Source: an uncultured Gammaproteobacteria bacterium
Lineage (GTDB): Bacteria; Patescibacteriota; Microgenomatia; UBA10105; UBA927
Length of the DNA: 64,000 nt
Reading direction: 5' to 3'
Assembly: GCA_964573695.1 (NCBI GenBank)
Contig: CAZNKB010000006.1
Span: 8,879 to 72,878, forward strand
Below the pieces are notes generated by a model. The model was not told the origin of the DNA and searched no databases. It saw only the letters and a program-made list of their open reading frames with translations. Shown here one piece after another: positions 37,424 to 46,670 of this stretch. A program made the translations under genes and the position numbers. Each line of letters opens with the position of its first letter. The first letter of the stretch is position 1.

Positions 37424-38452
37424 CTATGTGACAAAAGTACTGAGAAATTCCATGCTCGGATACCCATAGCTAGTCACTGGAGTTCCGGAAGCGCGATACA
37501 ACGTCCATGGGCCGTTATGACGTTGTATGCGATCGAAAAAAGGAGAGAATGCTTGTGTGTTTGGGATCCGTATTCGTATGTCTCTTCCGGCATCGTGGGC
37601 AACCGCGGTCGCAACTTGTATAGCACCTCGCAAGACTTGCGCATCGTGATTTGAAATCCTGTCTGAGTTATGCGTTGCACGAAGCCATAATTGCCACCCA
37701 TTCCCTTCGTTCGGAAGTTCAATGGTGTGCTCTTGTGTCGTTTGCAGGGTAAATTTCGTGTGATTATACCGTTTGACCCCATGAGTCCGGGAGAACTCCC
37801 GTCTGCCGGTGAGCAGCGTCCAGAGAGGGGACTTAAGGAGGTTTTCTGCTTTGAGCGTGGGGTTCTGTACGAGGTGTTCGATGATATCCAGTCTTCCTGT
37901 GAGAGACCATTCTGTCGTATCAGGTCGTATCAGATCAAATCCCAAGGTGGGAGCGCGTTTACTGCCAGCAAGTGACGTTCGGCCGGTGATAAATCCTATC
38001 GGAGTATCAGGATGATAACAGTTAAATGCTTCTATCCAGCCGGCCAGTTGCGCTGCCGAATTGGGGAGATCCTGAGGAAGCTGCCGTACGGCTTCTGGCG
38101 GCCGGGGAGGGATATGAAGATCCAGCATCCTCGTATAAGGATGCGCTTTGCGTTTCCTCGCATACGCCCGTAATGTATCGCGCTCAAGTATTTGTGGAGT
38201 GGGATCTTTGCCTGCAGCTCTCAAATGGGCAATTGTGTCTTCATAGCCTGTCTCTACGCATTCGATATTTGACGTGATACGTCTCGGATCCGTGAGACGA
38301 AATAGTCCGACATCGAACCAAGGACTTACATGAGTGTTGTTCCACCAATGTGGGCGAAGTTCCGAAGCGACACCTTCCAAACGTGAACACGTTTCTGCAA
38401 ACGATTCAGTCGGCGCATGTACGCGGCGGAAGTGTTCGATAATCTGAGACAT
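37424..38452 (-). CDS. hypothetical protein
   Basis: 342-aa ORF with no recognised motif. Confidence 0.65.
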   Translation of the reverse strand: MSQIIEHFRRVHAPTESFAETCSRLEGVASELRPHWWNNTHVSPWFDVGLFRLTDPRRITSNIECVETGYEDTIAHLRAAGKDPTPQILERDTLRAYARKRKAHPYTRMLDLHIPPRPPEAVRQLPQDLPNSAAQLAGWIEAFNCYHPDTPIGFITGRTSLAGSKRAPTLGFDLIRPDTTEWSLTGRLDIIEHLVQNPTLKAENLLKSPLWTLLTGRREFSRTHGVKRYNHTKFTLQTTQEHTIELPNEGNGWQLWLRATHNSDRISNHDAQVLRGAIQVATAVAHDAGRDIRIRIPNTQAFSPFFDRIQRHNGPWTLYRASGTPVTSYGYPSMEFLSTFVT

Positions 38453-38530
38453 ATTGATATAGTAAGATGCATATTATACAACAAAGCACTCCTCAACGAG
38501 TGCTTTGTAAGGGCAAGAATCGTATATTCA

Positions 38531-38737
38531 TTATCGGTGAGGCCGACGTGCGACGTCTCTTCGAGCTTCTCTTCCCGCTGCGTGTTTTGATAATCCTTCC
38601 AGAGTACGTATAACTGATTGATCTTCGGATCCACTGGTTGCTTTCGTGCCTTTTCCAAGAAAGCTTTGCGGTTCGGCAGGTTTCACTGGTTCGATAATTG
38701 TTGCAGATTTGACTTCTTTGCGAAATAACCCTGACAT
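38531..38737 (-). CDS. small basic protein with strong SD
   Basis: AAGGGAGGTGAT upstream of the ATG; 68 aa. Confidence 0.55.
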   Translation of the reverse strand: MSGLFRKEVKSATIIEPVKPAEPQSFLGKGTKATSGSEDQSVIRTLEGLSKHAAGREARRDVARRPHR

Positions 38738-38902
38738 GACTTATCACCTCCCTTTTTGAAACGAGAATTCAAAGTATAGAAAGAACATATGATGCCGTCA
38801 ATATGCATTTATGATGTATGGTAGGTTACAAAAATCTGCAAAAAATCTTGGCGTATTGCTTCGCTATGGATACAGAAAAGGGAGTGGGGTGGGAAGAGTT
38901 AT

Positions 38903-39568
38903 TTACTGCGTGACCGGCGCGTCGATGATTTTGGTAGACCGAAGGATCGGGAGTAATATTTCGAACGGCAGGCCGATGACGTTGGTATACGAGCCGTCGA
39001 TTTTGGTCACTAAATCCCATGGCGTTTCGTTGAGGGCATAGCCTGCTGCGAATCTCGTGAAGTCATATCGGTTGACATAGTTTTCGAGTTCGGTGCCGGT
39101 AAGTTTGCGAAGCGTGACTTTGGTGGTCACCGTTTTGGTCCAGGTTTTTTTTACCTTGCCTTTGTCCATATGGACGATGTGGGCAACTGTCGTAAATACA
39201 TGCGTTTTCCCCATGAGTTCTTTGAGTATTTTGGTCGCATCCTCGCGGTCGAGTGCTTTGCCATACATTTTTTTGCCGACGATAGCCATGCTGTCTGCCG
39301 CGATGACGATGACCTCACGGTCTTCCGGGATCATATAAACGCGGGGGTTATTGACGACTTCATTGGCTTTGGCAATTGCACGTTTCTGGATTGTCTTGAG
39401 AGGATTCGCGTCGGTAATTTTGTCTTCATCGAGTCGCGTGACAGCCACACGAAAACGTAGCCCTAGTTTTTCGAGTAATGTCCGGCGTCCTATGGATTGT
39501 GAGGCAAGGACGACGTCCGGAGCAAGGATAATATCTTCCTGATTTTTCGAGGAGAACGATAATTTCAT
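38903..39568 (-). CDS. maf: Maf family nucleotide pyrophosphatase
   Basis: VVLASQSIGRRTLL, AIAKA, IAADS, GKTH and IDGSYTNVIGLP. Confidence 0.92.
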   Translation of the reverse strand: MKLSFSSKNQEDIILAPDVVLASQSIGRRTLLEKLGLRFRVAVTRLDEDKITDANPLKTIQKRAIAKANEVVNNPRVYMIPEDREVIVIAADSMAIVGKKMYGKALDREDATKILKELMGKTHVFTTVAHIVHMDKGKVKKTWTKTVTTKVTLRKLTGTELENYVNRYDFTRFAAGYALNETPWDLVTKIDGSYTNVIGLPFEILLPILRSTKIIDAPVTQ

Positions 39569-39613
39569 TAGTTCGTATTATATCCTGAATGCGGTGATAT
39601 TGAAAGAAGGAGA

Positions 39614-39853
39614 TTACGCGGTAACGGAGGCACGCCTGCGAGAGCGGGGTCGGCGGGACAGTACGTCTTGGCCCCAGTTCCGGATGCCGCGCTGTGCCGC
39701 CTTTCGAAATACTGCATCAGGATCATGAGCATCTGAGGCCTCAGTTGCTGCCTGATTAAAAATTTGTTGCATGCGCCGGTAGTAAGTGCGATATCCGATT
39801 TCTTTTTTCCGGCTCCCTTGACTGACAACGATTTTAGGGAGTGATGCTGTCAT
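39614..39853 (-). CDS. small basic hypothetical protein
   Basis: ORF from MTASLPK with TATAAT upstream. Confidence 0.45.
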   Translation of the reverse strand: MTASLPKIVVSQGSRKKEIGYRTYYRRMQQIFNQAATEASDAHDPDAVFRKAAQRGIRNWGQDVLSRRPRSRRRASVTA

Positions 39854-39924
39854 ATATGTATTATATCGTACTGAATCAAGTTTTGGCGCAGCATATAGTT
39901 GGTATATGGAGTATACTTCCTCAT

Positions 39925-40236
39925 ATGGGCGCAGAAGACGGATTTGACAGGGCAATCGACAAATTAAAACAAGCAGTCAACATCCTGCTGCCTGATCCGA
40001 TCAAGCACACTTCTGGGAAGGCACAAGGAACCGGCGAAATATCACCTATAAAGCCACTTAGGTTTAAGCACGATCGGCGACCTCTCGCTACGCTAAACAT
40101 AGATCAAATTATCGTTGCAGCAAAAAAACGGGGTCACACTATTTCTTCTGCCCAGGCATTGATGGTGCAAAAAGAGGCAAGGGGAAGAATCGTGGACAAC
40201 ATCGACGACGTGTTGTCCGGTATGGGAGCTTCGTAG
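39925..40236 (+). CDS. hypothetical protein
   Basis: TATACT 7 nt upstream of the ATG. Confidence 0.5.
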   Translation: MGAEDGFDRAIDKLKQAVNILLPDPIKHTSGKAQGTGEISPIKPLRFKHDRRPLATLNIDQIIVAAKKRGHTISSAQALMVQKEARGRIVDNIDDVLSGMGAS

Positions 40237-40274
40237 CATCGCCTGACGCGACGTGTTACCCGCGATGATTTTTG

Positions 40275-40347
40275 TCGGAGTGGAGAGATTCGAACTCTCG
40301 ATCTCACGGTCCCGAACCGTGCGCATTACCAACTGTGCTACACCCCG
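40275..40347 (-). tRNA. tRNA-Pro(CGG), CCA not encoded
   Basis: Cloverleaf CGGGGTG...CACGG-TTCGGGA-CCGTG...TTCGAAT...CACTCCGA. Confidence 0.93.
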
Positions 40348-40393
40348 TAGTCATGGTATTGTAGCATAAATTTGCGGTAGAATAGGGGAGCTG

Positions 40394-40612
40394 TCCCCCG
40401 TAGCCCTGCTCGCCAGTGCCACAGGGCCCTTGTAGCTCAATGGATAGAGCAGACCCGTCCTAAGGGTAAGATGGGGGTTCGATTCCCTCCAGGGGCACAG
40501 GCGTTGGCAGGCGGGTCAATGGACAGTCGCCTCATCGGCGACCCGCCGGAGAGGCGGGAGCAGTGAGGCCCGTCCTAATGGCAAGATGAGGGTTCGATTC
40601 CTTCTGGGGGCA
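40394..40612 (+). pseudogene. split tRNA-Arg(CCT) interrupted by two hairpin insertions
   Basis: Pieces 40394-40404, 40516-40526 and 40559-40612 join into a near-complete tRNA-Arg(CCT) cloverleaf. Confidence 0.75.
40426..40497 (+). tRNA. tRNA-Arg(CCT), nested in the split copy; CCA not encoded
   Basis: Acceptor GCCCTTG/CAGGGGC; D-stem GCTC/GAGC; ACCC-GTCCTAA-GGGT; TTCGATT T-loop. Confidence 0.88.
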
Positions 40613-40622
40613 CTCGTTACGT

Positions 40623-40874
40623 ATGGAAACAGAAACAACACATCAACACGGAGGCCAACGGGCATATTACCGGCGTCTTATTAAGCTTGCGCCTATGATT
40701 ACACGCCGGGCCGTACGGAGTGAAAATCTTGCCTTTCATACAATTCGCGCATTGGATAAGACAGAGCAATTCTTTATAGATTATTACGAAACGCCGGTTA
40801 TTCGTATTGCGGAGCATCTGGAGGATTGGTGGAACGGACCCCGGAATATTTTTTGGTATATCCGCCTTCCGTAA
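40623..40874 (+). CDS. small hypothetical protein
   Basis: 83-aa ORF. Confidence 0.45.
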   Translation: METETTHQHGGQRAYYRRLIKLAPMITRRAVRSENLAFHTIRALDKTEQFFIDYYETPVIRIAEHLEDWWNGPRNIFWYIRLP

Positions 40875-40933
40875 CGTGTAGCCGCGTATACGGCTTGTTT
40901 GGAATATGTAAATAACCTATAATTCTTCGTCTT

Positions 40934-41248
40934 ATGACAAAGCCCCCCGAGTTTCCCGAAGTCACTTACGGCAATACGGCACAAACAACCCGAGTCATCA
41001 AGGGTTGGATTTCACTACGGAATCCTCGTCAATTTGAACGTGCCCGTACGATTTGCGAAATGTTTTGTCCGCATATGAAAGCGGGAGGGGATATAGAATG
41101 TTCCGGGATCGGATCGGCGGGAAATGCGCATATCCAGGTGAGGAGAAGCGAGCGAAGACAAAAATGGCTTCGGTTTCGCGTGGCTCGAGCCTTTGACGCG
41201 CCATGCAAAGTCACCTATGACGACATAGCGAAGAAACGAAGGAAGTGA
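40934..41248 (+). CDS. hypothetical Cys-containing protein
   Basis: TATAAT upstream; CEMFC...C...C. Confidence 0.5.
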   Translation: MTKPPEFPEVTYGNTAQTTRVIKGWISLRNPRQFERARTICEMFCPHMKAGGDIECSGIGSAGNAHIQVRRSERRQKWLRFRVARAFDAPCKVTYDDIAKKRRK

Positions 41249-41249
41249 T

Positions 41250-41561
41250 ATGACGACAGAAATACTGACGATGAAATCATGGTGGGTACTGAAATTCATC
41301 AAGCAGCGCGTCGTACAGGACGGGGAGGTATTGACCTTTGGTACGCGAATGCGGCATCCATTGGTCGGCAGGCGAATTATTGAAATGAAATTTACCGTGG
41401 GAAGCTCACGGCATATGACCGTCGTAGAAGTTGATCCACGGCCGATCCTTCCGGTGCAACACATCATCCTTACTGATAGCGAGCCTAAATTTGTTTTACC
41501 GGGTGCGTTGTCTATATCGCATGTGCCTTACCGAACACTGAATAAATCTGCGCGCGGGTAA
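41250..41561 (+). CDS. hypothetical protein
   Basis: Starts 1 nt after the previous stop. Confidence 0.5.
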   Translation: MTTEILTMKSWWVLKFIKQRVVQDGEVLTFGTRMRHPLVGRRIIEMKFTVGSSRHMTVVEVDPRPILPVQHIILTDSEPKFVLPGALSISHVPYRTLNKSARG

Positions 41562-41573
41562 CAGTGTAAGAGG

Positions 41574-41861
41574 TTACATCGAGACTTTTCGGAGGATACT
41601 TCCCAAGAATTCGCGCGAGACGTTGATCGGTTCTTCTGAGGTTACATTGCGACCTACGTAGATTACGAATTCTTCATAATTAGCACCAATTCCTAGAGCT
41701 GAACGATGATCCTGTTCGCGCCGGATTGGCGAATAATCACCCATAAATCCACGAACACAGATATCGACGACCCGCTCAATCTGGTCGGCAGTTGCCTGAG
41801 GGAAATATGTCGCCATATGTCGTGCGGCTAACCGTTTGCGTTCACGTTCACGTATTGGCAT
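41574..41861 (-). CDS. hypothetical protein
   Basis: 95-aa ORF. Confidence 0.45.
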   Translation of the reverse strand: MPIRERERKRLAARHMATYFPQATADQIERVVDICVRGFMGDYSPIRREQDHRSALGIGANYEEFVIYVGRNVTSEEPINVSREFLGSILRKVSM

Positions 41862-41872
41862 AAGAAATGGTA

Positions 41873-42241
41873 CTAGAGTGAGAGCAATGTGTCTGCTTTT
41901 TGTTTATGAATGATCGTTTGTGCTATCGCAATTGCGTACCAAAGCAGCCTCGCCTTTTTATACTCCTGGTCTACTTCTTCATGAAATGCCCGCGGTACAC
42001 CAAGCCTGTCATTGTGGGTTTTTTGGTGCCAGACGATTTTGATTGCTACATGTCCTGCCGGTACGATCGGATGATGTTCGAATCCGAGTGCCGTAGGGCG
42101 TTGCCCTGCGCGAGCTAAACAGCGGACACTGAGCGCTTCCCAGCGTCGCTTGCGTGCAGTGTGTTCTATAGCTAGTGCTCTGGCGACAGGTACGTGGACA
42201 ATGCCCGTCTCTCCACAGATGAGTGCGCGTTCAACTGCCAT
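41873..42241 (-). CDS. hypothetical protein
   Basis: 122-aa ORF. Confidence 0.45.
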   Translation of the reverse strand: MAVERALICGETGIVHVPVARALAIEHTARKRRWEALSVRCLARAGQRPTALGFEHHPIVPAGHVAIKIVWHQKTHNDRLGVPRAFHEEVDQEYKKARLLWYAIAIAQTIIHKQKADTLLSL

Positions 42242-42305
42242 ATTGTCGGGTTATACCATGTTTTGAGCGTACGGACAAGATATTTGATACTTGTGGTCGC
42301 GTGTA

Positions 42306-43583
42306 TTACCGGAGATTCACGAGGTAGAGATTGTTGACTGCCGATGCCGCACTATTGAGGTTTGTGAGTATGACCAATTTGCCGCCGGAAGCCCACGGAA
42401 CGGCAAACGCATCCCAAAAAGGTCCTGCATACGCCGTACGCTTGTTCATACCGTCATAATCCATGATTTCTACCTTGTCTTTCGTCACTACGACAAGATG
42501 CCGCGAGGTAGGAAGCCAATGCAGCACGCTTGTCACGTCAAAATTGACTGCAGGAGTATTTTTGCCTATAGGAGTAGGTGGGAGGGGGGCAAGTGTGCCC
42601 GATTTGAAGATGAGATAGTTTTTATCCTCTTTGATGTCATAGACGTAGATTGTGCCGGGCTCCAGTGTGCGGGATTCTTCCGTGGGATTGGCTCCGATTA
42701 ATTGGGGAGTAATAATTTGCGGAAGTATGGCAGATCCGGTAGCTTCATAGAGGATTTTGGTTTCGTCGGGCGAAAGGGACAGGAGTTTGGCGGATGTGCT
42801 GGCCATATCGGTAAACGCTTTCGGAACAGTGACGAGTTGTTCTTTTATTCTTTGGTCTTTGATCTTTTGCCACTCACTTTGTATGAGTTTGATATTGCTC
42901 ACTGCTTGCGGTGATTCCGTTATCTGGTCTGCCGGCAGGACGTAGTTTGCCGTCGGGGAGATCGTTGCGAGAATTTCCTTGCTGTCTGCTGACCAGGTGA
43001 GGGTTGCCTTGGAAAAATTGATGCCACCTGTCTGAGCAGGCAGGGATCTGGCTATTTGACGGGCGTCACGGTTTAGCCCAAGCGGCTTATCGACGATATC
43101 AAGGATCCATACTCCCGGCTTTGTAGTTGTGAGGGCTGCAGATGCTGTTGCGGGTGTAGTGTTGGGTACGATAAATGCGAGTTTTGCCCCGTCTGGCGAG
43201 AGGGACGGGTTGACGACCCCGCTTGCGGTCAATGCGGTGAGGCTCGGATTAATAGGAAGCAACAGTGCGTCTGCTTTGGCGACGACTTCTCCTTGGACTT
43301 TCATGCGCTTGTGCCATGACTGGAATCCGTCTTTTGAGATCGTAACGTTATACCAACCCGGTGGCAGAGTAAGAGTCGCCTGTGTGGCGGTTTTTACCTT
43401 GTCATCGATGATAATTTGTGCGCCCGAGGGATCGGATTGGAGCACGATGAGCCCTGTTGGCTTCACTGATCCGTCTGTGTGTAACCGATATCCACGGCCA
43501 TACGCAATAATCGCCGCTGCGACACCAAGAATGATGCTAAAGGTAACAAAAGGTATCAGGAATGATCGGATTTTTGCTGTCAT
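42306..43583 (-). CDS. PEGA-domain protein with TolB-like propeller repeats
   Basis: N-terminal TM; TGLIVLQSDPSGAQIIID...LPPGWYNVTISKDGFQSW PEGA motif; SPDG, WSADS and SPDE repeats; start reassigned to MTAKIR. Confidence 0.85.
   Translation of the reverse strand: MTAKIRSFLIPFVTFSIILGVAAAIIAYGRGYRLHTDGSVKPTGLIVLQSDPSGAQIIIDDKVKTATQATLTLPPGWYNVTISKDGFQSWHKRMKVQGEVVAKADALLLPINPSLTALTASGVVNPSLSPDGAKLAFIVPNTTPATASAALTTTKPGVWILDIVDKPLGLNRDARQIARSLPAQTGGINFSKATLTWSADSKEILATISPTANYVLPADQITESPQAVSNIKLIQSEWQKIKDQRIKEQLVTVPKAFTDMASTSAKLLSLSPDETKILYEATGSAILPQIITPQLIGANPTEESRTLEPGTIYVYDIKEDKNYLIFKSGTLAPLPPTPIGKNTPAVNFDVTSVLHWLPTSRHLVVVTKDKVEIMDYDGMNKRTAYAGPFWDAFAVPWASGGKLVILTNLNSAASAVNNLYLVNLR
43027..43044. 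repeat. 18-bp near-palindrome CCTGTCTGAGCAGGCAGG, in frame (LPAQTG)
   Basis: 16/18 identity to 115-132 and read in the same frame. Confidence 0.8.
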
Positions 43584-43641
43584 ATGCGTTTGAGGGTGGA
43601 GCCGCCTCATAGTATACAGCACATTATGATAGAATGCCATT

Positions 43642-44736
43642 ATGTTCAGTTTCACGAAGCGTCTCGGCATTGATCTCGGTACGGCAAATTCCGTAGTTTG
43701 GCTGGCTGGCGTGGGAGTGGTACTTAACGAGCCGACGGTAGTAGCTGTAACCACCGATGACGGTAGAGTGGTGGCAGTAGGCAATGAAGCGAAAGAAATG
43801 TTGGGAAGAACCCCGGGGAATATTATGGCGAGCCGGCCGATGCGGGACGGTGTGATCGCTGATTATCGGATAACGGAAGCCATGCTTTCCCATTTTATCG
43901 ATCGGGCGGTCGGTCGAAACCGTATTTTCAAACCGGAGGTAATGATCTGTGTGCCGACAGGTGCGAGCCAGGTGGAGCGCCGCGCGGTGATAGACGCCAC
44001 GCTTGCCGCAGGAGCCAGGGTCGCGTATCTTATCGAGGAGCCGTTGGCGGCCGCTATAGGAGCCAAAGTTCCCATTGCACAGGCCAGTGGCCATATGATT
44101 GTGGATATGGGGGGAGGGAGTACGGAGGCCGCAGTAATTTCCTTGGGCGGCGTTGTGGTACACAAAAGCGCTCGGGTGGCAGGGAACAAAATAGACGAAG
44201 CGATCGCAAACTACGTCAAAAAAAACTTCAACCTCATTATCGGTGAACGTATGGCCGAAACAATCAAAATAACCATTGGGGATGCGATTGCCGGTACGGC
44301 CATTCCAGCAAAGGCGGGAATCAGTTCTGGTAGCGATACCAAAAACCAAGATCGGTCTCCGGCGAAACCAGGGGTAACAAAAGAGGGAGAAGCTATGGAG
44401 GTTCGTGGCCGCGATGCGATCACTGGTTTGCCCCGCATTATCAATCTCACCCGCGCGGAGGTGACACAGGCGATAACACCTGTGCTTCATTTGGTCATCA
44501 CCGCGATAAAAAGCGTATTGGAGGAAACGCCGCCGGAGCTTGCTGCAGATATAATCGATAAAGGTATTGTCATGGCAGGCGGGACGAGTTTGCTTAGGAA
44601 CTTCGATAAGTTGGTGACCAAAATGACTGGCGTACCTGCTCATATTGCCGATGAACCGCTTCTGTGTGTCGTGCGGGGAACAGGTGTGGCTATAGAGAAT
44701 ATTGAATTATACAAGCGAAGCATCAGCAAAAAGTAA
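43642..44736 (+). CDS. mreB: rod shape-determining protein MreB with an in-frame REP-like insert
   Basis: GIDLGTANS, EPTVVA, RPMRDGVIAD, VDMGGGSTE and ETPPELAADI. Confidence 0.97.
   Translation: MFSFTKRLGIDLGTANSVVWLAGVGVVLNEPTVVAVTTDDGRVVAVGNEAKEMLGRTPGNIMASRPMRDGVIADYRITEAMLSHFIDRAVGRNRIFKPEVMICVPTGASQVERRAVIDATLAAGARVAYLIEEPLAAAIGAKVPIAQASGHMIVDMGGGSTEAAVISLGGVVVHKSARVAGNKIDEAIANYVKKNFNLIIGERMAETIKITIGDAIAGTAIPAKAGISSGSDTKNQDRSPAKPGVTKEGEAMEVRGRDAITGLPRIINLTRAEVTQAITPVLHLVITAIKSVLEETPPELAADIIDKGIVMAGGTSLLRNFDKLVTKMTGVPAHIADEPLLCVVRGTGVAIENIELYKRSISKK
44299..44379 (+). repeat. degenerate REP/REPIN-like element inside mreB
   Basis: GCCATTCCAGCAAAGGCGGGAATC...CTCCGGCGAAACCAGGGGTAACA, translated as AIPAKAGI...SPAKPGVT. 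Confidence 0.65.
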
Positions 44737-45032
44737 GTCGTCTCACGGTAGCAAGCCGGAGAGTGGAAAACGCCTCTAGCTGTCTCGGCAGCCACCGCCG
44801 AAGAGGCAGGTTATTTATAAATGCCTTATAGTAAATACAGATAGATAGAAATAATTGGAAAATCGGTGAATATGCGGAAAATACGTATTTTTATAAATGT
44901 AGCTTATAATAATTTATCTGCTATCGAGAATTTCGCACGGGCTTCAAGAGAGAATCAGCTATATTTTATTGTGTTCAATGTTGGTGATTTGTGAAAAGTT
45001 TAAAAAGAAATAAACACATTTAAAAATATATT

Positions 45033-45866
45033 ATGAGTCTTAGTAGTCAAAAAATACTTCAAGTTAAGATAACCACAGCTTCAAAAAAATTAATCCTAGA
45101 GGAAATAAAAAAGTACCTCATTCAATCCGTTCGCGTCTCATCATCCGGTACTTCCCGTAAGGTCCGACCATTTATTATTACGACGCCGAATCCGGAACAA
45201 ATCGTTTTTGCTCAGTCGCATAGTGATTTTCGAAATATACTTAATCGGGCCGATGTGGCGCTCCCTGACGGAATCGGATTGCTTCTTGCCAGCAGGATTT
45301 TATCCGGCAAAGTACTGGGAGCTCCGGGTGTGCAAATTTCCCAGCGGGTGGCCGGTGTTGATTTTATGAATGAACTCGTCACCTTGGCAGAGCTTCAGCG
45401 CGTCAGTATAGGACTTATAGGCGGTTACAACGGTTTAGCAGTCAAAGCGTTAGATTGCTTACAGGCATCACACCCGAAGCTATCGGGGTGGGCCATGGAC
45501 GGGCCGGAGTTAGTCGGAGAAGATTTTGACTCCATACAATGGCCGGGTGATCAATACTGGGTAAATCTGGCAAAAAAAATTCGGGAAACCCATACGCATA
45601 TCGTCTTTGTGGGGCTTGGCGCCCCAAAGCAGGAATATGTGACTATGCGATTGAGTGATAAAATGAATTTTCCGGTCATATATATGAGTGTCGGAGGATC
45701 GTTTGATGTGATAGCTGGTAGACTTCGTCGTGCACCGATTTGGATTAGATCGATAGGGTTTGAGTGGTTTTGGCGATTACTTCAGGAGCCATGGCGTTGG
45801 CGCCGACAGCGAGCCTTGCTGCAATTTATGGTATTGATGTTAAAAAACATCGCCCTGTCGCGTTAA
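45033..45866 (+). CDS. WecB/TagA/CpsF glycosyltransferase (GT26)
   Basis: TPNPE, PDGIG, RVAGVD, FVGLGAPKQE, VGGSFD and QEPWRWRR. Confidence 0.95.
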   Translation: MSLSSQKILQVKITTASKKLILEEIKKYLIQSVRVSSSGTSRKVRPFIITTPNPEQIVFAQSHSDFRNILNRADVALPDGIGLLLASRILSGKVLGAPGVQISQRVAGVDFMNELVTLAELQRVSIGLIGGYNGLAVKALDCLQASHPKLSGWAMDGPELVGEDFDSIQWPGDQYWVNLAKKIRETHTHIVFVGLGAPKQEYVTMRLSDKMNFPVIYMSVGGSFDVIAGRLRRAPIWIRSIGFEWFWRLLQEPWRWRRQRALLQFMVLMLKNIALSR

Positions 45867-45905
45867 ATAGATTCAAAGCCAGGCTTTGATGTAGAGGGGA
45901 GGGGT

Positions 45906-46142
45906 ATGGCTCAAGATATAGAAATTGAAGTACAAATGAGAATAAAGAGGAGGATACGCGTTCCCTTGATTGCGGGATTTGCACTGGTGCAACAAGCCGG
46001 ACGCATGAGTCGTATATTTGATATCGGAAAAGCAAGAGCGATAGATATGTATGAAGCAGGAGTAGCGCTCTTGGGGCGTAATCAGGAAGTGCTTGTAGAA
46101 GATGCCAAGGGACGAAAGGTGTTTCGACGACGCAATCGTTAG
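45906..46142 (+). CDS. small hypothetical protein
   Basis: 78-aa ORF with GGAGG upstream. Confidence 0.5.
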   Translation: MAQDIEIEVQMRIKRRIRVPLIAGFALVQQAGRMSRIFDIGKARAIDMYEAGVALLGRNQEVLVEDAKGRKVFRRRNR

Positions 46143-46233
46143 CGTTAAGCACAAATTATGATATGTATTTCAGATAGCTGATATTGTTTGTTATATAAAC
46201 GTCTTTAGATTTTTTTAGTATTACGATGCTTCT

Positions 46234-46506
46234 ATGAGGAGAGGGAAGTGTCTGCCCCAAGGTTTGGACGAGGGCGCCTGCGGTGCCGGAACCCCTGTTA
46301 TAGAACGACCTGCCCGGGTTGTGTTGTCTTGGGGCAGAACATATGAAACGCAGAATTATCGGGTTGACGTGCTGCAAGCATGGTTGGATCGAGGCGATTT
46401 CGCTGATCACGAGCGTGTTTTCGTATGGAAGCATGTCGGGATACTTTGGTGGCGACGAAAAATCGCCCACAGTGTGAAGCCAAGAGATATCCTCGGTATA
46501 AAATGA
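46234..46506 (+). CDS. small hypothetical protein
   Basis: 90-aa ORF between AT-rich spacers. Confidence 0.4.
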   Translation: MRRGKCLPQGLDEGACGAGTPVIERPARVVLSWGRTYETQNYRVDVLQAWLDRGDFADHERVFVWKHVGILWWRRKIAHSVKPRDILGIK

Positions 46507-46670
46507 GATTTTAAGTTATCTATTGATATAGATAATAGTATTTTGCACTAAGAAGATGCCAAAAAATATTTTTACCATATCTTTCTATAATATAAAGATA
46601 TCTTTCGGCCGGGCTCTCGCATAGCTTAGATGTTATCTTCGTGATATACTCCCTCCCTAATGGAGTTTGT

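Noticed and set aside
39610-39800. SRP-like or other ncRNA in the GC-rich stretch upstream of maf
   Set aside because: No SRP helix-8 motif was found; the stretch is explained adequately by a small minus-strand ORF.
43584-43784. N-terminal extension of the PEGA ORF as given in the track
   Set aside because: It overlaps the conserved mreB start on the opposite strand; the TM and a TATACT support a start at 43583.
44815-45030. oriC in the AT-rich spacer after mreB
   Set aside because: No TTATCCACA-like DnaA boxes were seen; only a short TTTATAAATG repeat.
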